Shown here: one piece after another, positions 47,561 through 59,699 of the stretch
Numbering within the stretch: the first letter of the stretch is position 1
Layout: every line of letters begins with the position of its first letter
Source of the DNA: Raillietiella orientalis
Taxonomy: Eukaryota
Direction of reading: 5' to 3'
NCBI GenBank assembly: GCA_036172245.1
Contig: JAYWIR010000004.1
Location: 5,518,001 to 5,582,000, forward strand
Length of the DNA: 64,000 bases
The notes under the pieces: generated by a model
Database searches by the model: none
Seen by the model: only the letters and a program-made list of their open reading frames with translations
What the model was told of the DNA's origin: nothing
Program-made: the position numbers and the translations under genes

Positions 47561-48449
47561 GGACTGTGTACGCACACACGATGGCGGCAAAAGCTTACAT
47601 GACACTTTTTTTTTTTCTTCTACGGATTTCTAAAGAGTTCGATTTTATATAAAATTTGAAAAGCTTGCATTATTTTATCTGCACGGTTTATCTCTTTCGA
47701 CGATGCATTTTTTATAGGGATGTGCTATTTTTGTGACGTCCCATGCCCACAGTTTCAAGATCAGCTCTATCTTCAAAGAGATGAAATAGAATGGATGATG
47801 GTCGAATCGGTGAAATGCAAGAGCGGTCGGCTGTATGAGTGTGGCTGTATGAGTCCCGCACGCTTTTCGAAAAACCATCTCCATCGACTCCGCCTTCACG
47901 GACACGTCGGACACGGTTGCTTATAGAACCACCTCAGAGGAGCGAATGTCTGGAAGGAACAACGCCTCGAGCGTCACTGAAGGAAGGGTTCGACGAAGTG
48001 CTGCCACGGAGACACCTTCAGCTGCCACCCGCTCACGGGGTTTTCAGTTCGTCGCTGACCTCTTCCGTTTACAGGGTGTTTCCCGGAGCTCCTTCCGGTC
48101 GGAAGGAACAAAGGCTCCGCTCACGTCACGCGACTGGCAAGTATCATTGGCTAATGAAGAAGGAAAACATGAATCCAGAGCGCACCGTCCACCTGGATCA
48201 GATACTCTATGGATACTCAGCTTTGCATCTCGACTCCGTTTCTTCTGGATTTGGAGCGTAGGAATTGTAATAGCCAGAAGGGTTCTTCGCAGTTCAAGCC
48301 ATCGGGTTATTCGATCGGAAAATCGACCGAAGGGTCATCGTAGGCTCGTCGCTGACAGCTGTTTATCCCGCCTGGTGATCCGGAGCGTGTGCCCCATGCG
48401 TGTCGCAGCAATGCTCTTTGTGGACATCCACCCACCCCATCTTCTGTCC

Positions 48450-50200
48450 GTGTGCGTCGTCGTTCCTCGTCTCCCAGGCGAACTCTCCGGATCCCTCTGC
48501 AGACTTGAAGGGGAAGGAGCTCTTAACGTTCCCTCTCTTTCCAAGGTCTGCTCCCGCGTTCTGACGTGCCTCACGTTCTCGCAGAGTCCAGCGAGATGAC
48601 TCACTTCCGGTCCCAGAGCTCTGGGTCCGGGAGTAGACTTCAGTCTCCTCCTGGGATTGGCTGGCTGGAAGTAACCGACCCTTCTTTCTTACTGAGTCAC
48701 TTCCTTGATAGGGCCGACCGAGTAACGGTGGCGCCTCTTGGCAATGACGTTGAACTTCTGCATGTGACGCCAAGGACTCTTCACATGCCAAGCATCTCCT
48801 GAACAGTCGACCCTCACCCGCTTCTTGAAGGAGATGCTCGCACAGGTAGGCAGGTCAGCTGAGGGCAGTCGGTATTGCTGAATAGGCACTTGCAGAGTCG
48901 TCTTGATGCCCGATGCTGCCCAGGGAGGCACGCTGTCTTTCTTCGTTCCGAGGCAATGCTTCTCGACGGAGGGAGATGTCCAGCCTCCCTGCGCTGGATC
49001 GCGCGCACTCCGGAAGAGTAGGAGGATGGGCGAAATCTGCACCTCCTGTTATTATTGGAAGTGAACCCTTCTCCTTCCCCCTTCTTAATCCGCCGGTTCC
49101 AGAGGTTCGCTTCGCCCGCGTGCTTGGCGGGGGCTCCGCCGCTGTACACAAGTGCTGCATGCGCCGCTTCTTGGCGTGTTTCGCCAACAGGGCGGCAAGG
49201 AGGCGAATGGCTATCTCAGCGACATTTTTGGACGAGGCATTTTGGACCGATTGACATGAAAGGCTCGGGGACTCTTGGGGCTGAGCCAAACAGCTGACCG
49301 CGAGAGATCGAGGTGAACCTATGAGCGCAACCTTTTATGGATCCGCAAACTGTTCATCGTAACTTCCTGTTCACAAGGAACCCCATGTAGGGGTGGACTC
49401 GGGACTGAGCGCGAGGATAACCTCGACCAGTAGGAACGACGTTACTTGGAGTGGGTGCGGGAGCGCGTCACTCGTGCCATCTCTGTGCTATCATCCATAA
49501 AGGACTGAAAACATTTCCAGCCTCCTCGTTCGTCTCCCGGATCATGTAGACACACGGAGGATGAGATCAAAAAAAAAAAAAAAAACCTTCCTACAGAAAG
49601 TTCTGAAAATCCAGGGAGCGTCACCGTCGTTTCCAGAGCCCCTCCGCGGACGCGGCGTCATCGTGGTTGAATTTCCTTTTCTGGAAGTTGGCTACACCGG
49701 ACGGCTGTCATCAGAGATGGTTCACCAAGGATGATTAGTCTTTGCTCTCCTTATCAGTTAACAATACACGGTCTACTCCCCTTTGGCTTCCTCTGCAGCG
49801 TCGCGTAGGCAGCAAGGAGGTCTTGCCGACTCCCACCCGGCCGTTTTCTATGCTGGTCACATGACACCCACTCACCCCACCATCGAATTCTAATCGAGTT
49901 GCTGCACTACTCTATGCGGCTTCACTGGACTGCGACCGGAGAGGAATGATCCCATGTTGATGCAGATGTGGTTCGAATGAGTGTCGAACACAAGCAAAGC
50001 AGACCCTGTAGGCAGACCACCTGGTTCCAGTGCGGAGGCATGATAGCGACGTCCCCAGCAACCAGACGAATCTCAATACAATTTGGGAGTGAAGTTCGAG
50101 GAAGTTTGGAAGTGGTGTCCGGACTCGTAAGTGTCCTGCTCCTCTTCCAAGCTGTGCCTCTTCTCCCACACAGAGGGTGGCGCAGGGCGCGATCCACGGC
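48450..50200 (-). mobile_element. Decayed NeSL-like RLE LINE (RT start to endonuclease, with internal deletions)
   Basis: AGDV..PPHWNQ..SPVAVQ (RT domain 1), GVSGC (GF...GC.EH), YRL..LPT..AKRRH (knuckle/RHN position) and SQPIPGGD*SLLPD (NQ.IPG..LRPD). Confidence 0.5.
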
Positions 50201-51849
50201 AGCTGGAGTCAGATGTTGAGAGCAGAGCCGGAAGTGACGACCTTCCCTGCCTTCCGTTCTTCCCGTTGGTAGCGGATGGCAGCTGTTTGGTGCGCTTAGT
50301 CCTCTCTCTTCAGGGCTTCAACTTGAAGTCTTCATCCTCAAGTGCAGCCGCGATCCATCTCCGGCTCGCGCGCTCGTGGCCTTCAGCCCCCGAGGAGGGG
50401 AAACGCCTTGCCGAATTGGACGTAGCAGATCGTCGGTCCGCCTCCCCAGGACACCCTTCCTCCGATTCCGAGGGTTCCTCCTTGGAGTCCGAGGGACCCA
50501 CCCTAGTGGAACCCACCTTGTCCAGAGCAGTCTCTGCGGTCGCAAGAAGAAAGAGGAAAGTAAGGAAAGTTCGTCGCATCGGACGTCGGTGCAAAGGGCA
50601 GTTGACATTCTTCTGAGTCTGGTGCCCTTAGGTCGACCTGAGCTTCAGAGAGCAGCCAGATCGTTTTCCTTGTCCGGGACCAACACCGTGGACCTCGCTC
50701 ACCTCCCTTTCCTTCGCATTTCGAAAGCGCGAAGAGAGCCGGCTGAGGTCTTTGGCTGGAAAGTGTGTCCTTGAACCACGCCATCCTCCTTTTATGTCCC
50801 TCCGCCAACAGTGGGAGAGTTGTCTGCCCGGTCCGCCGCCGGGGAGAGACAGCTCTCCGCCCGTCGGAGGGTTCATCCGCCGACAAACACTCTCACGAGA
50901 TTTGCGAACCCAACTGCGTCGTAGAGTCCCATCGTTTAGGCTGCAATCCCGGGGTCCCTGTCGTGGGCGCCAGATATCTCCCGTGGGAAGCCGGTCGCCG
51001 AGCAGCTCAAACGATAATGGAGGTGCCGAGCGGCAGCGGCACAGACCCACGAGCCCGGGAGCGGGACTTACAGGAAGGAGGACGCCTTTCGGAAGAATGC
51101 CGCCAGGCAGTCACGCCACTGGCACCAACGGAAGTTCAGAGGGGAGGAGAAGCTCATGCTGGAGCTCCTTCCGGGAAAAATTCCCTCCTGCGCTGCCAAC
51201 TACGGGAATGGTGTCGCAGTTGCGCGCGGTGGGTGCCGAAGGTTCGTTTGTCCCCGTCCTCCGCGCAGTCTGTCTCTGAAAAGGGAGGCGAGCCATTCCC
51301 AAGCCGGGACGCTTTTAGGGACGAAGGACGCGAGTAACCGATTTCGCCCGCGAGGGGGACGCCAAATGGGTGGTTGCCGAACGCGGACAAGGTGCTCCTC
51401 GCTTTCACGGGAGGAGCTTCCCGGAGGGTCGGCACTCCGGCAGTCATCCCCGCGGGACTTCCTGCCAGACTCAGCGACTCGCCACTGTCGAGTCCCAGCA
51501 GAGCGCCTGCCCCTTCCTCCTCTTCTTCAAGAGCCAGCTCTTGAAGAGGAGGATGCCTCTCCGGTGGTGACCTCGTCCTCCGGTGGTATCCCGACTTTTC
51601 GTGGGCCGGTAGATGCCTCCAGGGAAAAGGACCGGTGCAATACCGGGGAAAAGGGGAATGCGAAGGGATCCCTCTCATTCCTTCCTTCTCCCCCACCTCA
51701 CCTTGCCTACGCCGCGCCCTCTTGCCTTTTCCCGAGTGGTCCCGAACGGGAGGCATCCTGGAGCAGACGCGATTCCCGAATCGGGCGCGACTTCTCGAGG
51801 GGAAGTTCCATCCCATTCGGTCCGCCGATTTCGGAGCCGGCTCTTCCCG

Positions 51850-54000
51850 CGGATTTCCGCCGAGGAACGCCAAGAAAGCGAAGAGGAGACTTTGGCAGGG
51901 GATGACGCAGCCTCCGTCGGTCCCGGCAACGCTGCTTCCCGTTATCACGCGGGCGTGCCCAACGCGAGGAGGAAAGCCGCTCGCGAGGATGGCGCTGCTG
52001 CGCGTAGTGCTCCCAGCGGAATAGGAAGAAGCAATCTCTGGGATGCAATCCTCGGGACGGCAGAGGTCGAGAGGACGCTCCCGCTATTCTCCCGTGCCCG
52101 CCCGAAATGCTCCTTCTCCCCCCTCCCCTCTTCCTTCCGCGGAGGCAAGCCATTCGTGCAGCGCGTGAAAGGGGCGCGCGAGACTCCACGAGTCCTCCTC
52201 TTCCCCCTTCCCATCCACGAGGTGTCTTGGAGGGATCGACACGTGGCTTACAGGAGAGAGAGAGGAGGATGAGGTCTCAGGTCAGTCGGCAGAGAGGGAC
52301 ATCCATGCCTCGTCCCACGGGCTCTGCCTCAGGCCCCGCGGTCGGTCGATCCGAGAAAGGCCGACTACAGGCGTAGACGACCTGGAGCGTCCTCGCGGCT
52401 GACATGCACGACGCCGAGGGTGGACTGACCAAGCCGTCGAATCCAGAAGACGGATTTGCGTCGCTTTCATAAACGGGATAAACGTCCGCAAGGGAGGACA
52501 CGGGAGGGTATCCCGCAGAGGGGAAGAAGGAAAGAAGACGGGGAGGAGGGATCCAGGGAGGAAGAGGAGGCAGGAGAAAAGGAAGACGAGGAAGAGGAGG
52601 GGGGAAAAAAAGAGGCGAGCACTTTTTCATTTCCCTACTGCTCAAAGCCGACTCAGAGGATGCGGCCCCTGCAGGAAAAAGCGGGAAAGCGGAATCTGAG
52701 CACCACTTTCCGGGGGAGTCTCTCCTCCCGGTGAAGGCAGCCCGAATCGAAGGGGCGCTCCTGGGGAGTCCTTGGCATCCTCTTCGAGCGCCACCTCCTC
52801 AGTCGGATGGAAAAATTATCTTCCGTGCAGCCTCGGAGGGCCGGAATGATCCTGGGAGAGAAGCAGCTCGCAAGACGCCTCCGTCCCTGACCCCAGAGCT
52901 TTCGACGTCCCAAATCACCAGAGGCGCTCCGAGTCCACCACGTTCACCCGCGTGAGCTTTCGTCAGGCACGCGGGAGCGCTTCCCATTTCCTGGCTGACC
53001 TGAACGCGGCAGCCGGGAGTGATCCCCCTCCCCGGTGGCGCCGAAGGGCGTAACTCCGGGGAGGAGGCGCTCTGGGAGCAGCTTCTTCCTTTGCCGGATG
53101 AGTCGCGGCTCCCGTCCGGCCGCTCCGTCGAATGAACGCCAGTGAAGAGGGGTCAGCGGCTGACGCGTCCCGAAGCGACCGTGCCGGAGTTCAAACTCTC
53201 CCGCCTTGTGGGCGCGCCGCGGCGATGATGGGGCGAAGCGAGGAACGGAGAGGGCAGCGTCCCCTCGGGAGGACGTGAGGAGGGAGGACAGGGGGCTCCC
53301 TTGAGCTGGAGAAGGGGTGTGTCTGTGACACTAGGAGCCAGACCCCTGTCTCCCTCCACAACCCGGAAAAATGGGGCCCGATTCCCCCCTTCCTCCCCAA
53401 GGGGCGCTTTTCGGGACTCGGCTCGGATCCCGGAAGTTTCCGATGCCGGACTCGACGCTCATCCCAAGTTCCCGTGTGACGGGAGGGAGCTCGACGTCGC
53501 CCACCATCCGGACCCCACATGACGACCGCCGAGGTTGCGACATCCGGAGGAGGCAGAGGATGGAGTGGGCTGAAGGGACACGGGTCTTTTCCAGCGGAGG
53601 CGTTTCCTCCCCCACCCGTCCGGCAGCGTCCGTCCTATCCGATCGCGAGCAGGAGAGCGCCTTCTCCCGCCCCCCCACTTCATCCCCGTCGCGTCCTCGG
53701 GCGAGGTGGCAGTGTCGACGACCGTAGTCTCCGGAGACGCGGTCGCCAGGGGTCGCCTTGCGAGCCCTAGAGACCTTGGGGTCTCTCCCGCTTCTCCCTG
53801 CCGCCTCTCGAAGTTTCTTCCTTTCCCCTCCCTCTCCTCCTTCCCACTCGATCTTCCCACCCACTTACCGCAGGCGACCACGTGTTCCCGGGCGGCGCGG
53901 CTCATGCCTTCCCCTCCCGCAGGCTCCACTCCGGCATCCGACTGGCAGGGAGGAAGCTCTGGCGGCCGGCGGGCTGCGAGCCGGACAGGACGGGGGGAAG
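51850..54000 (+). mobile_element. Decayed L1/Tx1-like ORF2 (AP endonuclease and RT)
   Basis: TLAGDDA (LAGDFN), NLWDAI (L.D.WR), RDRHVA (SDH..V), RGRQGSPCEP (RG.RQGCPLSP, ~53740) and TAGDHV (YADD, ~53870), in order. Very GC-rich and frameshifted. Confidence 0.55.
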
Positions 54001-55399
54001 CCGGGAGGACGCTCTCGCGAGCGAGTGGACGCTGCCCGGAAGAGGGACGCGGCGCAGCCGCCCCTCGCTTCCTGCCCTCCTTTCCTCCCCCGACTCCTGT
54101 TCAGGAGCAGCTCCTCCACTGCGCCCTTGCTTGTCTTCCCTGCTGGGCGGAGCGGGGCGAGCGAGGGGCCCGGTGAGAGGCGGAGGAGGTGGGGGGGGAC
54201 CGACCGTGTGCGCCGACCTGCGCGGAGGTTCTTCTCTCTTGCGCCCCACCGAACGTGGGCAAGAACTCGTGGAAGTAGTGGGAGAATTTCCCCACCCTCG
54301 AGGATTCTCTCAAGGGTAGAGGGAGGGGATAAGTGGGGGAAGGGGGACTTCGAGCCCGCGAGAGACCCAACTGGTGCTTCTACGCTCGGGGACCGAAGGA
54401 AGCAAAGGAGAAGAGGGAGGAAGAGGAGGAGGTGGAGGAGAGTCGACTGAATCGGGGCGCCGGAGCCTCGGACTCGCTCGGGCCACCGCGGATTGCCCCA
54501 GAAACTGCCAGTGATCCGAGCAGCGCTCCGCCGCGGGGGAGGCGAGCACCCCGGTGGAGAGGAGGAGGAGGAGGAGGTCGAGGAAAAAGAGTGGTCCCAA
54601 GAAACGGCCGGGATGAAGGTCGGCGCGCCGTTGCGAGGACTGCACGAGAGGCGGAGGTCACGTGGTCTCCCTAAGGGGCGCCCCCTGTAAGTGCACGCAG
54701 CTGCTAGTCACGAGAGTCCCCAACTTCTTACTCCTCCTCCCCCTCCCCCTCGACTCGAGCCTTCTCAGTCGGAGAGGAGACCCGCGCGCGCGCGCGCAGA
54801 ACCCGCTTCCTCCTCCGGGAAGGGAAATCTCCCTATACGACGAACGCTGGCGCCTCTGCCACCGGAAACTCCCTGCCTCCAGTTACAACCCCGAAACTTC
54901 CAGTCCTACTCCCGTTTCTCCGATCGAGCAGCTGACCCAGCCAACCCGTTTCTCCTCCGACTTCCCTCTCTATGCTCCCGAATTTCCGAGAACCCCTCTC
55001 ATCCTCTTCGTCCCCAAAAATGACCCGAAGCTGCCACCCGAAGTCTCCTCTAGTCACTCCGCTGGCCCGCTTTTCCCCTCCTGCCTTTCAAGCGGATCCC
55101 AACGAGGACAGCTCCTTCCCCCTGCCTTCTGGATTTACTTCCGCCTCTTCCTCCTCCTGATTTAGCCATCAGCTCATTCCCCATCATTGTCCCTGCCCTC
55201 CCTTTCTTCTCCCTCTCTGCCCTTCCGCTGGCAACAGGCAGCAGCCGAAGGTCTGCCGAGCTCCTCCCTCGTTCCGGAGAGCGCTCGCCGCCTTCCCTGA
55301 AGGCGCGGCATCTGTGGGAGCATGACTGGGTGCCCGGAGGCTTCTCGGGAGGGTTCTCTGGGAGCACCAGAGACTCGGCTGGTGCCTTCGGACACGCCG

Positions 55400-56020
55400 C
55401 TCGGCTCTCCCTGGATGGGGTCGGCGATCGCAAACCCCTCCTTCCTCCCTACTCCTCCTCTGAACTCCCCTCCTTTCGCACGTTCGCCTCCTCTTCCCTG
55501 CTGCAAGGACGAGGAACCTGTGGGACTCTTGATTCTCGGAACACGCCGCCTCCAGAGGAGGCTGGTGATGCCGTGGGTCGATCCCAGCTTCATGAGAGAC
55601 GTTGCTCTCGGGAGCAGCCCAGAGGTTCTTCACTTATTCGGCGGCCCGTAACCAAAGAGGATCCCCTCGGTCAGCAGCTTTTCCTCGCAAGCCCGAGGTG
55701 ATGGTGCCTCGCTCTATCATCTCCCCGAAGCCGCCACCGTCCCCGTCCAGTTCGCCCGGCTGCTCCCATCCCTTCAGCAGGCGATGTTTCCCTCCAGCAT
55801 CCCAACCGACCTGCGAAATGAAACAGCGCCGCCAGTCGGAGTCTCTCAATACCACCAGGGGATGACGTTCTCTCCCAGCAGCACCAGCCATCCCCGCTCC
55901 CCCCCGCTTGGCAAAGCAAGTGTGAGAAACCAGACATGTCCTGAGGGTACGACTGGTTTGCCCTTGTCGCCCTCGCAGCAATACGTGCATCTGGAGATCA
56001 CCCGTCTGTCGGTGTAGGAT
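55400..56020 (+). mobile_element. Decayed RT fragment of an RLE-class LINE
   Basis: SFLP (GFLP), RRLVMPWVD..EVLHLFGGP (L..AW.DL..L...G.P) and YHQGMTFSP (GV.QG..LSP), in order. Confidence 0.45.
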
Positions 56021-56149
56021 GTCCCCTGAAGCTGGGATCGCCTGAAGAGAAACACCACGCAGCCGAGTTCCTGCCTCCCTTTGTTCCAGATTCTTCTCTG
56101 TCGGTCCCGATGTCCGCCTTCCGGGTACTCAACGTTTCCATGCCTCTGC

Positions 56150-56800
56150 GAGGCCTGGCTTTGGGGCAGTTCACCGGTGAGATCTGCCTGCCGAGAGGCC
56201 CGCTCGGGAATTGACGTGATCCAGGTCTACAGGTCGGGTCACCTCCCTGCCAACTGGCGCGGCCGCCTCTTCACGGCTATTCGGAGGCTGCGGAGACCTC
56301 TTCCCCTCTCCCCTCCACCCGAGGGTATGCAGATGACCTCGCCCCTGGCACTTTGCCAAGGGAGCGCAGGATCTATTCTCGAACGAGCATTTCAGCAGGG
56401 ACGGCTCCGGAGGATGCAGGAGCCGCGAGCCCACCCCCACCCGCCCACCTCTTCCATCTCGACTGGTCAACCCTCCGCCGCGCCGCTACCCCGGCTCTCG
56501 GCCCGGGCCCACGGAAGCCCCACTGCGTCCTTTGTTCTTCTGTCCTTCCTCCTGCTAGGGCGGCCTCTTCGTCCCGCGGTCCACTGCCCATTTGGCAATC
56601 CTGCTCGGAACAGGGGCAGACCCGCGAAAGCCCTGATGGCTTTTCGAGAAACCATCGTATACGCCCTAGGGAGATCGGGAATCCACCTGATTTACCTGGG
56701 GCATTCGCTTACCAGAAAGGGACGTCTTTCTAGACCCCCTATGCCGGAGGGGGAGGGAGAGCGTTGTCTGGTGTGCGGTTGGTCGAGGCTGGAGGTCCAG
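56150..56800 (-). mobile_element. Decayed 3' fragment of the L1/Tx1-like family
   Basis: The reverse complement of ~56745-56775 resembles 28760-28795, and that of ~56230-56245 resembles 9536-9551. Confidence 0.4.
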
Positions 56801-57089
56801 GGTGATGGAAGCGGCCTCCACCGCGGATCGACGGAGGGAGCCCGTTGCACCATGCCATCGTCTGCATTTGAGGGGAAGCGAGAAACTGTCCTTACGCGGC
56901 GGAAGAGGAGGTCGAGTTCCACTACTGCCTCTCTGGATGGAGGTCCGATGGCTCTACCGGGACCAGCAGCCTCTTGGCTGAGCCCACTCCCCAGAGTGAT
57001 CGCTTCAGAGGCCAGCCGAGATTTCACCCGCCCTCCGAGGAGTTGCGGGTTTTCTGCCGAGGTGCAAGTTAAACTCCGGTCCTTTGGAA

Positions 57090-58520
57090 AAGAGTGGCCG
57101 GCATTTCCAGTTTAGTCCATGGGTCGAGCAAAGAAGCAACCGGGTCAGATCGGGGCTTGGAACTAACTGGGAAAAGATCGTCAAGTCCGCCGATCTTCTA
57201 TGTCTCTGGTTCCACTTGTTTGGTGCTGTGGACAGAAAGCGAGCACCGGGACTTCCTTTGTTCTTTGCTCTCTTCTCATCATTACTGCTCCCACCTCCTT
57301 CTCTGCCTCCCCTTCGATCCCAGTTCCAGCCACGTCGGCCCTGCTCTTCCTTGGTCTTCGGCCGCGGCGCTCACCTCCTGAGAGGAGAGGAATGAAGATG
57401 CGCGCGCGCCACGATTGCAAGCATTGGAGGTCTCAGCCTCACTTGGAGGCTCCCTGAGAGGACCAGTTTCACGGAAGCCTCTCGCAAAGTTTTCTGGGAT
57501 GCTCTTCTCTTCGTTCCCCCTAGCGTGCCTCCGACATGCTCGTCCGGCTCTGCCCAGAGTAGCATTCCAAGTGCTCACGATGACGCGCTGGAAAACCCTG
57601 CGGCCGCCTCTCCTCTCTCGGATGGTGAGGGATTCGCAGGTGCCTGGGAGATCTGCTAGCCCGCAGCGACGCGCCATGCGACTGGAGATCACGGAGCGCG
57701 GAGTCAGCGCAATCTCGAGGCGCCATGTAACAACACCATGAAGAAGGCATCTCCTGCGGGTGCAAAAGTAGCTGCTCTGGACGTTACAGCAAGTTTCCTG
57801 TTTCTGTGAAAGCCACGCCGGTTTTGTCCGAGAGTCAAGCTTGCGGTGTTTCGGTAAAGACCCCAGTTACCCTCTCTTGTGCAGGGATGTTCATTCCAGA
57901 GTCTCCAAAAGACCCTAGAATGACCCTTGCACAAGAGAGAGGGTGTTCTCTGCATTCAAGAAGATGCTGTAGCTGCTTCTTTCCTCTCGATGAAAATTTT
58001 CGGAGGCATCGCTTCCCCTCTTCTCCAAGAACGCAATTCGGGTGGGAAAGGTCTGAAGAATCCATGGATTCTCCGGCTGGCAGAGCTCCCTCCAGCTCTT
58101 CTTTCGCTCTTAAGGTCGACTCGATTCGTAACCCATGAGTGCGATCCCCAAGATAAGACATACTTTCCGTCGCTTCTCGCGAAACCGATTATCCCTGCGT
58201 TGTAGTACGCTGCTTCTCTTCGCACCATACCATCGATGACATTCGGAAAATTAGAAACGGGTTTAACAGAGAGACCGATAGAGACCATCTCTTCTGAGGA
58301 GGCGATCAGGCAGAAAACCTCTCCATACGGATGATGTCTTTGCGAAACACCTGTTTATAAGGAATGCCGCAGATCCTTCAATTGTCAAAGCCGAAACGAT
58401 GAACACCTTGACTGATGCAACTTTATACTACCCCGGAAAGGAATATCGTCTTTTTGTGAACCGCGTGGGAAGGCAACAAGGGAAGTAAAGGAAAGCAGTG
58501 CACGAGGGAACAAAAAGTAT
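57090..58520 (+). mobile_element. Decayed BEL/Pao integrase and C-terminal region
   Basis: PPIF..LWTESEH (P.LP..L...H), GSLRGPV (G.D.AGP), KVDSIRN / ECDPQDKTYFPSLLAKP (EVE.ILNSRP..DP.D..LTP.HFL.G.P) and LYYPGK. Nucleotide match to the minus copy at 59757-59869. Confidence 0.6.
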
Positions 58521-59699
58521 CTTCTAGCCTTATCTCGGTTATCTCCATCTCCTTTATAATCTCCTGCCTCGTGCATGAAAAAGAACACACCGTGAGCTTC
58601 TCCGGTATCCACATTAACCTGGAGAAAATCCATCGAGGAACGAAAGATTGCCAGAGTTTATGGATTGCCATAATCACCTAGTCTCAGATGCAACGGGGAT
58701 GTTTCCGCTGAGCCAGCTTTGGTTCCAGAAGGAAAGAAGAATACGTCAAATCTTTGGCGTGCATTTGGCCACTAGCACTTTGGTCTAGCACATAAACAAA
58801 GGACCCTAGGTACGCAGCATTAAAGCATCCCATCAACCAGAAGAAGTATTCGAATGCATGGAATCCCGTTCTATTTCAGGACATCAGAGCACTTGACAAC
58901 AGTAGCACACTCTGTCCAAATGCACACAGTCGATCTGTAGACTCAGTTCGTGAAATCACGTGTCCAGCTCCTGAGCTCTTGCATTTCTAACGTTCTCTAG
59001 AATCAGTGAAGAAGGCCTGGGTTCGACCTTCACCGTGCCTTCATGCCTGCTGTGACCACGATGAACAAGATTTCGAATTTGTCTCACTTTCAGAGAATTT
59101 TTGACTTTTCCATTTTTCTTGAAGATACAGAAACGAAATAGATGAAAGCATCAAGTGTCCTTATCAAAAATAGGGATGAACTGTTATCCCAGAAAGCTCT
59201 CTTCCACCGTGCCGTACGAATTGCTGCTTCTCCCTCCGTCCAAGAACCTGCTTCTCTGAATTGCAAAGTTTACTTCTGATTTGTTGAATGAGGACATTTA
59301 TCAATTTTCTTTGGGTTTTCTTTGCTCTTTTTTCTGCCTGGTAAATTTCTTAAACGTTTACGGCTTCTAGATGATACAGAGATGCGAAATTCGGTAGAAA
59401 AAAAAAAAAACATGCTTGCGTTGGATCTCGTGTGCAAGAGAAAAGGATCAAAGACCAATACCACAGAACAGCACATCATTGGACATGTTGCTCATGTTCT
59501 TTCCTACGAATCTAAAACACTCGATAACTCTAAAAGCTTTGCGAAGAAAAAAAAACGTGAAATATGAAAGACTTCTTTTCTATCTCTATTTTTTTGGTAG
59601 TGTCCTGCAATTCTTGTGAATTTTTCCATTCCTAAGTCTTGAAGAGTTGAGCCCTTCCAGATTTATCGCCATTCCTGTTGTTGACGCTGCACATTTAGC

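Noticed and set aside
49750..49762. CTTATCAGTT, resembling U2 snRNA next to a Utopia-like relic (also ~45894)
   Set aside because: Only 10-11 nt, internal to the relic or far from an element end, with no flanking U2 sequence.
29581..57115. Long ORFs such as 29581-30606, 39434-40702, 41132-42133, 51154-51948 and 56081-57115
   Set aside because: Low-complexity Arg/Pro/Ser/Gly-rich translations that cross TE boundaries and homopolymer runs. Expected from high GC; no coherent domain.
58389..58425. GAAAC...CTGATG suggesting a hammerhead ribozyme
   Set aside because: The core reads CTGATGC rather than CTGATGA, the stems do not form, and the sequence is Pao coding remnant.
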